From assembly GCA_965224085.1 (NCBI GenBank), contig CBDCYI010000004.1, positions 1,024,001 through 1,088,000 of the forward strand: a stretch of 64,000 nt of DNA, read 5' to 3'. Positions 50,785-61,644 of this stretch are shown here, piece after piece; the stretch's first letter is position 1; each line of letters starts with the position of its first letter. Source of the DNA: Candidatus Marinacidobacterales bacterium. Its GTDB lineage: Bacteria; Acidobacteriota; Vicinamibacteria; Marinacidobacterales; SMYC01. Both the position numbers and the translations under genes were made by a program. Below the pieces are notes generated by a model. The model was not told the origin of the DNA. It was given only the letters and a program-made list of their open reading frames with translations, and ran no database searches.

Positions 50785-52335
50785 ATGCGAATGCTAAAAC
50801 GCAGAGTTTCACGACGCCACTTCCTGAAGAGCACGGCGGCGGCCGCGCCGGCGCTCTTGATCCGACAAAGTCCCGTACGTTTTTCGACGAACCCCTTTAC
50901 GCTGGGCGTTGCTTCCGGCTACCCTCTTTCGGACGGGTTCGTCATCTGGACGCGCCTTGCTCCCGTGCCGCTCATGGGCGGCGGGATGCCTCCCTCCCCC
51001 GTTCTCGTGGAGTGGGAAGTCGCGAGCGACGACCGCATGAGAAACGTTGTGCGGAACGGTTCCGCGCTCGCCTCGCCGGACTGGGCGCACTCGGTTCACG
51101 TCGAGGTCGAAGGTCTCGAGCCGGACCGCCCTTATTGGTATCGCTTCCACGTCGCTAGCGAAGAGAGTGTCATCGGTCGCTCGCGCACGGCACCGCCACC
51201 GCAGACTAGTCCCGAACGCCTCCGGTTTGCCTTCGCCTCGTGCCAGCATTACGAGAAGGGCTACTACAGTGCCTATCGCCACATGATCGCGGACGAGCTC
51301 GACCTCGTGATCCATCTCGGAGACTACATCTACGAAGAAGACGGTAGCAATGTGCGCGTGCGCTTGCACGCGGCGCCCGAGCCCGTGACCCTCGAGGACT
51401 ACCGGAACCGCTACGCACAGTACAAGAGCGACAAGGATCTTCAAGCGGCGCACGCGGCGGCTCCTTGGCTCGTGACCTGGGACGACCACGAAGTTGACAA
51501 CGACTACGCTGATCTTGCGAGCGAAGAGCTCCATCCCGAAGCGTGGTTTCGCCGCCGCCGCACGGCAGCTTACCACGCGTATTACGAGCATATGCCTCTC
51601 CGACGAAGCGCCGCGCCACTCGGCGAGCATCTGCGTCTCTATACGGAAGTCGCGTATGGCGAGCTTGCGCGCTTTCAAGTGCTCGACGATCGGCAATATC
51701 GATCGCCGCAAGTTTGCCCGCCTCCCGGCGAGGGCGGGTCGAACATCGTCGCGGAGTGTCCCGAGCGGCTCGACCCGAGCTTGACGCTTCTCGGCAAGGC
51801 GCAAGAAGCGTGGCTTCATCGAAATCTCGAACGGTCGACGGCGCGTTGGAACATTCTCGCGCAACAGACGCTAATGGCAGAGCTCGATCGCACACGCGGC
51901 TCCGCGCGCGCGTTCTGGACGGATGGTTGGGACGGCTACCCTGCCGCCCGGTCGCGGTTTCTCGAATTCATTGCCGAGCGTGCGCCAAGAAACCCTCTCG
52001 TCATTGGCGGCGACGTGCACGCGTTCTGGGTGTCTGACCTCAAGGCTGACTTTCGTGACGGGCATGCGAAGACCATCGCGAGCGAGCTCGTCGGAAGCTC
52101 GATCACGTCGTCTTCAGGCTTGACAGACGAGCGTCGCGCCGCGATACAGAAGAACAATCCGCACATCCAATACGGAAACAGCGTTCGGCGCGGCTACGTC
52201 CGCGTAGAGCTCAACACCGAGCGCGCCCAGGCCGACCTTCGCGGCGTCGAGGACGTAACCGATCCCGCATCGGGGATCGAGACCTTGGCTTCTTTCGTGA
52301 TTCAAGACGGCCGGCCGGGACCTCGAAAAATCTAG
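50785..52335 (+). CDS. phoD: Alkaline phosphatase D, Tat-exported
   Basis: SRRHFL, FTLGVASG, ASCQHY, HLGDYIYE, TWDDHEVDND, LDDRQYR, DGWDGY, GGDVH. Confidence 0.95.
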   Translation: MRMLKRRVSRRHFLKSTAAAAPALLIRQSPVRFSTNPFTLGVASGYPLSDGFVIWTRLAPVPLMGGGMPPSPVLVEWEVASDDRMRNVVRNGSALASPDWAHSVHVEVEGLEPDRPYWYRFHVASEESVIGRSRTAPPPQTSPERLRFAFASCQHYEKGYYSAYRHMIADELDLVIHLGDYIYEEDGSNVRVRLHAAPEPVTLEDYRNRYAQYKSDKDLQAAHAAAPWLVTWDDHEVDNDYADLASEELHPEAWFRRRRTAAYHAYYEHMPLRRSAAPLGEHLRLYTEVAYGELARFQVLDDRQYRSPQVCPPPGEGGSNIVAECPERLDPSLTLLGKAQEAWLHRNLERSTARWNILAQQTLMAELDRTRGSARAFWTDGWDGYPAARSRFLEFIAERAPRNPLVIGGDVHAFWVSDLKADFRDGHAKTIASELVGSSITSSSGLTDERRAAIQKNNPHIQYGNSVRRGYVRVELNTERAQADLRGVEDVTDPASGIETLASFVIQDGRPGPRKI

Positions 52336-53702
52336 TCCGAAGCGCCGCTCATCGTGCGATCGATCGCGGTGCCTTCGAAATAGACTGCCTCGATGTCCCG
52401 CGTGTTTCGGATATCGCTGAGTGGGTCGCCGCGCAAGACGATAAAGCCGGCGGCCGCGCCGGTACGGAGCACGCCGTCGTGTCCGAGCGCCTCCGCGGAA
52501 TTTCGCGTCACGGCCGCGATGGCCTGATGCGCTGTGAGGCCGGCATCCACCAAGAGCGCGATCTCACGGTGCTCGAAATAGCCGGGAAAACGGTTCGTCG
52601 TTCCCGAGTCGGTTCCGAGACCAATCGTGATGCCAGCATCGTGCAGCTTTTTCACGTTCACGAGCGCCGTCTCGTATTGCTCGCGCGTTGCGGCAAGCCC
52701 GGGGTTCGCGCGCGTTTTCTCGACGAAGGCTTCGCTTGTCAACGTCTCGATCAAGACCGCATCGACGGTCTCGCGCATCGCGGACTCTCCGATCCAATCC
52801 GACTGATCGGCATACGCGATGGATGCCTCATGCGCGACGAGCGTTGGAACGTAGCCCACGCCGCGCTCCTGCATCATCGCAATGAGCTCGTCATCGACTT
52901 CCTGGTCGCGGATACTGTGCGCGAGAAAAGAAACGCCGGCGGCCACGAGCGCTTTGGCGTCGTCAAGATAGTAAACGTGCGCGTACACTTTGAGCCCGTG
53001 CTGATTCGCTTCATCGATGGCGGCTCCGTAGAGCTCGGGCGCGATTTTCGGGACGCGGCCCCCGGCGTCGTCCACCCAGACCTTGACGGCGTCGACTTTC
53101 TGCTCGGCGAGCGTGCGCACCGCTTCACAGGCTTGCTCTTCGGTTTCCACTTGCTGCGGCGCTGCGGCAATGGCTTGGATGATGGTGGGCCACCCGCCTA
53201 CGCTCGTCAGTCCCCGCCCCACGGTGTAAAGCTTGGAGCCTCCGGCGCGTCCTTGGCGCTGATCTTCTCGAATCGCGAAAGCCGTATCGCCGACATCGCT
53301 CCCGAGCACGAGAACGGAGCCCACCCCATAATGCGCGTGGCGATCGAGGTCCGCCATGATGGACTTGCGGGTGTAGTTCTCGGCCGCCATACCGTCGCCG
53401 ACGAGGTAGCCGACATGCACGTGAAGCGAGTGAAGAAGCGGCATGATGGTCCGGCCGGTCCAATCGACATGCGAGGCCCCCGCGGGCGCCTCGACGCCGG
53501 CGGCGGGGCCGAGAGCAACGATCTTGCCGCCGTCCACGACCATGCCCGCGTTCTCGATAACGGTCGTTCCATCTCCCACGATGACGTTCATGCCTTGGTA
53601 ATGGCTTGCGGTCGACGCGAGGCCCTCACTGAGGGCAGCCGGCTCTTGGGAAGCGCAGCCGGCGAGGAGCGCGATAGTGAGTAAAGTGATTACGGTCTTC
53701 AT
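52332..53702 (-). CDS. Amidohydrolase-family lipoprotein
   Basis: Lipobox LAGC; LHVH, VKVW, YAH, LAHS, GTDSG. Confidence 0.88.
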   Translation of the reverse strand: MKTVITLLTIALLAGCASQEPAALSEGLASTASHYQGMNVIVGDGTTVIENAGMVVDGGKIVALGPAAGVEAPAGASHVDWTGRTIMPLLHSLHVHVGYLVGDGMAAENYTRKSIMADLDRHAHYGVGSVLVLGSDVGDTAFAIREDQRQGRAGGSKLYTVGRGLTSVGGWPTIIQAIAAAPQQVETEEQACEAVRTLAEQKVDAVKVWVDDAGGRVPKIAPELYGAAIDEANQHGLKVYAHVYYLDDAKALVAAGVSFLAHSIRDQEVDDELIAMMQERGVGYVPTLVAHEASIAYADQSDWIGESAMRETVDAVLIETLTSEAFVEKTRANPGLAATREQYETALVNVKKLHDAGITIGLGTDSGTTNRFPGYFEHREIALLVDAGLTAHQAIAAVTRNSAEALGHDGVLRTGAAAGFIVLRGDPLSDIRNTRDIEAVYFEGTAIDRTMSGASD

Positions 53703-53750
53703 GATCCCTCCGCTTGTGAGGTTCCGGAGTCTACTCGTATACTCCCCATC

Positions 53751-54225
53751 ATGTCGAACAGAAGGCAGTTTTTGAAGACGGTGGGTGGCGCCGGCGCGAG
53801 CTTGGCGTTCGCCCACGTTCCCGCAGCCGCGTCGATGGAGACCGTGCGCACGGGTCTCATCGGCCTTGGCGCCCGCGGCGGATTTCATTTACACCAGCTT
53901 CTGCTCCTCGACGGCGTCGAGGTGAAAGCTTTTTGCGATATCCACGAGCCAACCATGCGCGAGCACATGGACTATTGCGAAGCGCAGGGTGCGCCCCGGC
54001 CTGATGGCTTTGCGCGTGGCGAGTACGACTACCTCCGCATGCTCGAGCGCGAGGACCTCGACATCGTCGTCATCGCGACGCCGTTGCGGTAGCACACGCC
54101 GATGGCCGTCGACGCGATGCAAGCGGGAAAGCACGCGTTCATCGAAGTGCCCGCCGCGATCACCGTCGACGAGGGTTGGGAGCTCGTGGAAACGCAGGAG
54201 CGCACGGGACGCCACTGCATAAGGT
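53751..54225 (+). pseudogene. Tat-signal Gfo/Idh/MocA (GH109-like) oxidoreductase; in-frame TAG at 54090, truncated
   Basis: [41 protein letters not shown]. Confidence 0.75.
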
Positions 54226-54263
54226 CGCGAGCCGCTCGGTGTCGTTTCGTGAGGTAACGTCGC

Positions 54264-56681
54264 ATGCTGACGCTCTGGCTTTCGGATTTTCTCCACTCGG
54301 TGCGGACGCTCCGTCGCGAGCCTTTGAGTTCGTTGGCCATCGTTTTGACGCTCGGGCTCGGCCTGGGTGTGAACGCGGCCGTGTTCGGCTTCGTCGAGGC
54401 TGTACTCCTTAGACCTGTTCCCGCGCAGGAGCCGGATCGGCTCGTCGTCCTGTGGGAGAGCAATCCTTCCCGCCGCGGCGATCTCATCGAAGTCTCTCTC
54501 CCGAACTTTTTCGATTGGCGGCAGGACGCACGCGAGCTCGAAGAGATGGCTGCGATGGGAACCCACGACTGGAGCTACGTTCTGCTCGGCGAAGGTGAGC
54601 CCGCAACGGTGCCCTACCGTGCGGTGTCCGCGTCGTTTTTCGATACCGTCCGGGTACCGCCCTTGCTCGGCCGTACGTTCTCACCAGAGGTCGATGTGCC
54701 GGGAGCGCCCCGCGTCATCGTGATCAGCTACGGAATGTGGCAGTCCCGTCTAGGTGGCGACGCAACGGTCATCGGCCGACGATTGCTCTTCGAAGACTTC
54801 ACCGAGCCCGAGTATTTTACGATCGTTGGCGTCATGCCACGATCGTTCCAATTCCCGCTAGGCGCTGAAGCGTGGGTGCCCGCCGGACGGCAACTTTCGG
54901 CCATCGCCGATGCGAACGGTTTCGACGCGCGTACGCGGCGCGGACTAGGTGTTTTCGTCGCGGTGGGACGCCTCGCTCCCGAAAGCTCGTTGGAAGCGGC
55001 TCGAAGCGAGATGAGCGCCGTCGTTGGACGCCTCGCACGCGAACATTTCGCCCAGATCCGTGACGTGGTCATGACCCCGCTCAACGAGTACATCTACGGG
55101 AGCGCGACGGCGTCGTTGACGCTGCTATCCGTCGCCGTGGGGCTCGTGCTCGTCGTGGCGACCGCCAACGTCGCGAGCCTCCTTCTCGCACGCGTTCTCT
55201 CAGGAGGTCGTGCGCTCGCCATCCGGCGCGCGCTCGGAGCATCTCGGGCCGCGCTCGCCAAGCTCGTCATTCTCGACAGCTTCGTCTTGTCCTCTCTCGG
55301 TGCCGCGCTCGGGGTGTGGCTGGCTTACCTTTCGCGTGGAGCTCTCGTTGCGCTGGCGCCCGTCGGGCTGCCTGGTGTTGAAAACGTCGAGCTCGGGGGC
55401 ACCACCATCGCCTTTACGTTCGGCTTGGCCCTCGTGACGACGGCTCTCGTGAGCATAGCACCCGTGCTCAGTCTGTCCGAAGTGCAGCTGCGCGCGCGCT
55501 TATCGTCTGCCCGCACGAGTGGCTTCCTCGTTGCGAGCGAGGTCGCCGCGGCCGCATCGCTTCTAGTTGCGGCCGGATTCATCGTCCAGAGTTTTTGGAA
55601 CTTGAAGAACACCGACTACGGCTTCCGTCCCGCAGGTGTCGTCTCGTTTCTCTTGAGTCCGTCGCGTTACCGCTACGCGGAGGACGAGCAGCAGCGCGCC
55701 TTTTATCGATCGATGCTCGATCAGCTTCGCGGCGTTCCGGGCGCGTTGCATGTCGGCGCGGTACTCGTCCTTCCTTTCAAGCTCGGCACGATCGGCCAAG
55801 ACAGCCGAATTCGAATCGAAGGCCAATCCGACGCCGAGCAGCAAAACAATCCCACCATGAACTACGAAGTCGCTACGCCGGGCTATTTCCGCGCGATGGG
55901 CATTCGTCTCTTGGAGGGTCGAACCTTCCATGATGACGAAAGCTTGGCTGTTGCGATCGTGAGCCGGAGCCTCGCGGATAGGATGTGGCCGAGCGCTTCG
56001 CCTCTCGGCGAACGCATCCAGCTCTCCAATTCCGATGCATGGCTGACAGTTATCGGTGTAGTCGAAGACGTTCGCTATCGCGAGCTTCAAAGAGCACGTC
56101 TAGACGTTTACCCGCACTACCTTCAAACGCCGTTTGTTCCAGGCGGCCTGAACTTCGCCATCCGCACGGAGCGGGACCCCATGGCCCTTTTGACCGACAT
56201 TGCCGCCGCGGTTCATTCTGTAGACGAAGCACAGCCACTCGACAAATTCCACAGGATGGAGTCGGTCATGGCGAGGGAGCTTGCGCCGTGGCGTTTCAAC
56301 GCGTGGATGGTCGGTCTGTTCGCTGCTCTCGCCACCGCTCTCGCGGCGATGGGTATTTTTGCCCTTTTGGCGCGGAGCGTTGTCGAGCGTTCCCGGGAGA
56401 TCGCCGTGCGCATGGCGCTCGGCGCCACGCGCCCGGACGTTATCTGGAGCGTTGTCGCGCGGGCCGCGCGATGGACCTCCGCAGGGCTTGCTCTCGGTTT
56501 CGCCGCGGCCGCGATCGGGTCGCGCCTCGTTACCAACCTCCTATTCGAAGTCGACGCGACGGACCCTTGGTTCTTCGTTTTCGTCTTCGCGTGCATCGCG
56601 GCGGTCGCACTCGTGGCGGCGGTCGTCCCGGCATGGCGTGCTGCGCGCCTCGACGTGATCGAGCTTCTGCGCGCCGATTGA
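54264..56681 (+). CDS. ADOP-type duplicated ABC permease (MacB_PCD+FtsX x2)
   Basis: LGLGVNAAVF, ANVASLLLAR, REIAVRMALGA, PAWRAARLD. Confidence 0.9.
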   Translation: MLTLWLSDFLHSVRTLRREPLSSLAIVLTLGLGLGVNAAVFGFVEAVLLRPVPAQEPDRLVVLWESNPSRRGDLIEVSLPNFFDWRQDARELEEMAAMGTHDWSYVLLGEGEPATVPYRAVSASFFDTVRVPPLLGRTFSPEVDVPGAPRVIVISYGMWQSRLGGDATVIGRRLLFEDFTEPEYFTIVGVMPRSFQFPLGAEAWVPAGRQLSAIADANGFDARTRRGLGVFVAVGRLAPESSLEAARSEMSAVVGRLAREHFAQIRDVVMTPLNEYIYGSATASLTLLSVAVGLVLVVATANVASLLLARVLSGGRALAIRRALGASRAALAKLVILDSFVLSSLGAALGVWLAYLSRGALVALAPVGLPGVENVELGGTTIAFTFGLALVTTALVSIAPVLSLSEVQLRARLSSARTSGFLVASEVAAAASLLVAAGFIVQSFWNLKNTDYGFRPAGVVSFLLSPSRYRYAEDEQQRAFYRSMLDQLRGVPGALHVGAVLVLPFKLGTIGQDSRIRIEGQSDAEQQNNPTMNYEVATPGYFRAMGIRLLEGRTFHDDESLAVAIVSRSLADRMWPSASPLGERIQLSNSDAWLTVIGVVEDVRYRELQRARLDVYPHYLQTPFVPGGLNFAIRTERDPMALLTDIAAAVHSVDEAQPLDKFHRMESVMARELAPWRFNAWMVGLFAALATALAAMGIFALLARSVVERSREIAVRMALGATRPDVIWSVVARAARWTSAGLALGFAAAAIGSRLVTNLLFEVDATDPWFFVFVFACIAAVALVAAVVPAWRAARLDVIELLRAD

Positions 56682-56724
56682 CGGTCCTTCGACGAGCTCT
56701 TACGATGCTGTAACGGGTGATGTA

Positions 56725-59177
56725 ATGTCGGATTTCCGCGCTGCCTATCGTTCGCTTCGTGCCACGCCTATTGTCACGCTTGCCGTCATCCTCTCACTCG
56801 GTCTAGGCATCGGCGCCAATACGGCCATCTTCTCGCTCGTCGACAGCCTCGTACTGAGAGCTTTGCCGGTTCGAGCGCCCGAGCGCCTCGTCCTCGTCAA
56901 CTACAGTGAGGAGTCGAAGAAAAACTACTGGGCAACCTATCCGGCGTGGGAAGCGATCCGTGACAGGAAGCTCTTCGAAGGTACCCTTGCTTGGTCCGCC
57001 GAGCGCATCGAGGCGATGCACGGTGGTCGAACAGAGTTTATCGATGGCCTCTGGGTGAGTCGCGGGTTCTTCGATGTGCTCGGCGTTACGCCGATGCTCG
57101 GGGGGTGTTTCACGATAAAGACGATCTCGTTCTCGATCCAACGGACAGCGCTGTCGCGGTCATCAGCCACGGGTTCTGGCAGCGACGCTTCGGCGGGGAC
57201 CCGGCAGTAGTTGGGCGATCCATCTCGGTTGAGCGAGTTCCCTTCACCATCATCGGGGTCACGGATCCTAGCTTCTTCGGCACGGACGTCGGTCGCCGCT
57301 TCGAAATCGCGCTTCCCTTGCCGACCATGACGCTCGTCCCGAGCCGCGAACGGAGCCTAGAAAACCCTCCGGGGCTGCGCGTACGCGTCATGGCCAGACT
57401 CGCGGACGGGCAGACCCTCGAGCGTGCGACCCTCGCAATTCAGCAGGCGCAGCCACAGATCCGCGAGGCATCTTTGCCCAGCACTTGGCGAGCACGCTCC
57501 CGTGAAGCCTATATGCGCGATCCGCTAACGGTGATCCCGGCGGCGACGGGCACCTCTTCTCTGCGCAATCGTTACGCAAGCCCGCTCTTCGTGCTCATGG
57601 TCGTGATCGGACTTGTTCTGCTCATCGCCTGTGGCAACGTGGCCAACCTGCTCTTGGCGCGCGCCGCCGGGCGCCGACGCGAGCTCGGAATTCGTGCGGC
57701 ACTGGGCGCATCGCGTCCGCAGCTCGTGCGGCAATTGTTTACAGAGAGCTTGCTCCTAGCGGCTGCCGCCTCTGTGGCGGCGGTGCTGTTTGGTCATTGG
57801 GCAAGTCGCCTTTTGGTGGCGCAAATGTCTACCATCCTTGAAACCGTCTCCCTGGTGCTGCCCATCGACGGGCGCATGCTCGCCGTCACTGCCATGACCG
57901 CTGTGGCGACAGCCGTGGTGTTCGGTGTTGTGCCAGCGTTTCGAGCTACGAGTGCGGATCCGAGCAGGGGGCTGTGGGAGCACGGTTTCGCCGAGCCGAA
58001 ACGTGTCGGGCCGGGCGGGTTGCTGGTCGTGGCCCAGGTTGCTTTGTCGCTCATGCTCATCACCGGGGCTGGGCTATTTGTGCGCACTTTTTCGGAATTT
58101 GCGCATCTCGACCTTGGTTTCGAGCCCCACCGTGTTCTCATGGTCGACGTGGACTTCTCTCGCAACAGGCCCGAGGCGTCGAAAGCGCTGGCGATGTACG
58201 AAAGGCTGTGCGGGGCGGCTCGAACGGCGCCCGGCGTAGCCCACGCCGCGTGCTCTCCGGCAGTACCCATAGGCTTTCGTGCGCTGACCACGGTAATGGA
58301 CGCGCCCGAAGACACCGCTATCCCCGAGCAGGAGCGCGTCGTCCACAAGAATCTGATCACGCCGGAGTGGTTCCAGGCATTTGGCACACGACTACTCGCC
58401 GGTCGCGACTTCAGCTCAATCGACAGAGTGGGCGCACCCCGAGTCGCGATTGTAAACGAGGCTTTCGCAGAGCGATTTCTGAAAACGGCGAACGCCGTGG
58501 GCCGGATCGTGCGGGAAGATCGCCGGGCGAAGGGAAAACTGACTCTAGAGATCGTAGGGGTCGTCGAGAATGCCGTATACCGCTCTGTACGAGAGCCACC
58601 GCCCGCCACCATTTATCTCCCGCTCGCACAAGAAGGCGATGAAAGTCCCTTTCCTTGGTTGAACGTCGTTATACGTCCGTCATCGGGCCCACCGGCCAGC
58701 GTTGTGGCGGGCGTCGTGGGAGCTCTGGCCGCAGTCGACGGGAATCTCAAGCTGACCGTTCGTCCGATGGAAGACCAAGTGAACGCCACCTTCAATCAGG
58801 AGCGCGTGCTAGCCATGGTAGCTGGCGTTTTTGGCGGTCTGGCGCTACTGCTGGCGGCGCTCGGATTGTACGGCGTGATGGCCTACGCGGTTAGTTGTCG
58901 TCGCAGAGAAATCGGTATTCGCATGGCACTCGGGGCAGACTCCCTAGTTCTTGGAAACGTCGCGGGGATGGTGGGTCTCGGCATCGCAGCCGGCGCAGTT
59001 TTGAGCCTATGGGCCACTCAGTTCGTTCAGTCGTTACTGTTCGGACTCCCGGCAAGGGACCCGTTCTCGTTCGCCGGCGCCGCGGCTGTGCTCGTCGTCT
59101 CGGCCGCTGCCGCGAGCTGGCTCCCCGCACGACGGGCTACTCGTGTGGAACCGAGCACCGTTCTCAAGGACGCGTAG
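56725..59177 (+). CDS. ADOP-type duplicated ABC permease (frameshift in G-run ~57100)
   Basis: LGIGANTAIFSLVD; second frame LLIACGNVANLLLAR, REIGIRMALGA, PARRATRVEP. Confidence 0.87.
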
Positions 59178-59181
59178 CCTA

Positions 59182-59293
59182 CCCCTGGGTTTTCGTTTTC
59201 GTCTTCGCCTGCATCGCAGCCTGGCATTCGTCGCTTCTCTCGCTCCCGCATGCCGCCCGCCTCGATCCTATCGAGGTGCTCCCCTCTCATTGA
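59182..59293 (+). repeat. Degenerate copy of the 3' end of the 54264 ADOP gene
   Basis: Resembles 56563-56681 (PW.FVFVFACIAA...AARLD.IE). Confidence 0.65.
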
Positions 59294-59314
59294 GCACCTG
59301 CGGGCGGAGCCATC

Positions 59315-59533
59315 GCCGAAGCGATCGACCTGACTGTCTTCGAGCGCAAGAGCGCCATCGCCTCGGGAGGACAGGTGGCGGTGGCCTACCGCGCCGAAGG
59401 CACGTTCAAGAAGAACGGGAACAGCTCTATCGACGAGGGCATGCATCTGTGGACGTTCGGCGCGGACGGAAAGAACGTCGAATATGTGGGCTACGATGAC
59501 ACGGCCGCTGTCCTGAAAGCTTGGACGGGCTGA
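59315..59533 (+). pseudogene. SnoaL/NTF2-like protein C-terminal fragment
   Basis: IASGGQVAV...EGMHLWTFGADGK...YDDTAAVLKAWTG-stop. Confidence 0.55.
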
Positions 59534-59737
59534 GCGCAGCGAGCACTAGCTAGAGCCTGTTGCAAAACGTAACCGCTTTCACCGTTGGTTTCAATCCGCG
59601 TCCAATCGGGCAGCTGACAGATCTGTGATTTGCCGGCGCCAAACGCGCCTGGATCGATCCGCAAGAATTTTCCCAACTATTTTGTATTTGGTCGTTTTTT
59701 TCTTGACTTGTAGCCTAAGGGATGATATTTATTAGGC

Positions 59738-61241
59738 GTTATAGGGACCGTTACCAGGCAGTCCGCCCTCTTCTACGTCAACTTCTCCAAACAGGCGTCG
59801 CTCATCAAGGATGATCTACTCGAACCCGTCGACACGCTCCTCGAGGACCCCGAGCTGATAGAACTGACGAGAGAATCGCTCGCTGGTCGTTTCCCGCTCT
59901 CACCGCGTACCGGCCGGGTGAGTATCGCGCCTGACCGCTTGCTCCGCAGCTGTGTACTCAAGCACATCAAAGGATGGTCCTTCCGAGTCCTCGAGCGGGA
60001 GATCCGTTCTAGCCTCGTGTATCGGCGCTTCACTAGAACGCTTCGACGACGATTCGATTCCCAACTACTCCACATTCAGTCGCAACTTTTCCCTACTCGC
60101 TTCGACGACGATTCGATTCCCAACTACTCCACATTCAGTCGCAACTTTTCCCTACTCGGTGATGCGTTCGTAGAGAAAATCCATGCCCGTGTGGTCGCTC
60201 AGGCTCGAGACGAAAAGGTGGCTACGGGACGCAAGTTACGCACGGATACGACGGTAGTGGAGAGCAACATCCATTACCCCACAGATAGCTCACTGCTTGC
60301 CGATGGCATCCGGGTGCTCACCCGTAGTCTGAAGTGTATTGCAAAGGCTTGTGCTCAAGGTGCGCTCAAGGTGGTGGACCACAGCCGATCAACGAAAAAC
60401 AGGCAGCTTGAGATCGACCGCGCCAGCAAGTCGTTCACCGAATCGAGCCAAGTCAAGTTCAAGCAAAGTTATCGCAAGCTCATGGGCACGGCGCGCAGCG
60501 TGGTCCGGCAAGCCGACGAGGTTATTCAGTCGCTCAAGAGCGGAAAGCTTCCGGTCGTGGGTTCGCTGGTGAGCATCATAAGCAATCAGAGCCAACTCGA
60601 ACATTATCTGCCACTGTGCAAAAAGGTGTTAGCTCAGACAAAGGCCCGTGTTTTAGGGGGCCATCGTCACCATCCGGACAAGATCGTCAGCCTGTTCGAG
60701 GAGCATACGGCCGTGATCCGAAAAGGCAAAACATGGAAGCCGACCGAGTTTGGACGACTCGTGCGAATTGATGAGGTGGAGAACGGCATTGTTAGCCACT
60801 ACGAAGTTGCCGCAGGCAATCCGGCGGACCAAACTCAGTGGATGCCCGCGCTGGAGCAACACAAAAAACAGTTCGCTCGTGCGCCGGAGATGGCGACCGC
60901 TGACCGCGGATTCTTTTCGGCAGACAATGAACGCAAGGCCATAGATCTCGGTGTAAAGAAAGTGGTGTTGCCGGCTCGAGGACGACCCTCGAAAAAACGA
61001 GCCAAGGTTCAAAAAAAGCGCTGGTTCCGTCGAGCCCTCAAGTGGCGCGGGGGCGTCGAGTCCCGCATCAGCACCCTCAAGCACCGCTTCGCTATGCTTC
61101 GCGCCACCTACAAGGGCGACCGAGGATTCAAGCGTTACGTCGGGTGGTGCGTTATCAGCCAAAACCTCATATCGATCGCTCGAGTCAAGCGGCGAAGAAA
61201 GGACAGCGAAAATGCCGAACCCTTCATTCCGATCCACGTAA
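59738..61241 (+). CDS. DDE transposase (start uncertain; 63-nt insertion; extra C at 61220-22 masks the stop)
   Basis: RTDTTVVESNIHYPTDSSLL, KIVSLFEEHT, TEFG, ADRGF, WRGGVESRISTLK. Confidence 0.85.
60039..60156. repeat. 59-bp direct tandem duplication inside the transposase
   Basis: CGCTTCGACGACGATTCGATTCCCAACTACTCC...CCCTACT twice. Confidence 0.9.
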
Positions 61242-61557
61242 ACGTCGGGACCAGCTCCTACAACAGATTCAACAATATGCGCGAAGGGCGATCTTCGGCA
61301 CACCCTCCGAAACCTATCGTACCTGCGGTACGCCCACTTGTCGGTGCCACGGGCCCGGGCCAAAGCATGGCCCTCACCTCTATATCAATTTTCGTGGCAA
61401 GCACGGCAAGACTACCGGCTACTATGTGCCCCAAGCCGCACACAAGCGTATCCGCGAAGGCGTCGCCGCATGGCAGAGCTTGCAGGATTGTCTGCGAGAA
61501 CTCGCGGACATCAACAAGCAAAATACGCTCGACCGTGCCCGACAGGCGCGTTCCTAA
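61212..61557 (+). CDS. DUF6788-like Cys/His protein (IS passenger)
   Basis: IFGTPSETYRTCGTPTCRCHGPGPKHGPHLY...GKTTGYYVP; ATG 61212 is in frame if one C is removed. Confidence 0.75.
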
Positions 61558-61644
61558 CAAGCAGTACAACCAACGGCCTCACTCCTGTGCTCAAACAAAT
61601 GAACGCCTTGACGCTAAACGGGCTTTTGCAACAGCCTCTAGCTA

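Larger units (their letters stand above)
59553..61638 (+). mobile_element. IS element A (ISNCY/IS5-like DDE) carrying a DUF6788-like passenger
   Basis: IRs GAGCCTGTTGCAAAA / TTTTGCAACAGCCTC, flanked by TAGCTA; more AT-rich than host. Confidence 0.88.

Noticed and set aside
54090-54092. In-frame TAG as pyrrolysine or recoding
   Set aside because: Falls where homologs usually have Trp (TGG to TAG), and the gene is truncated anyway
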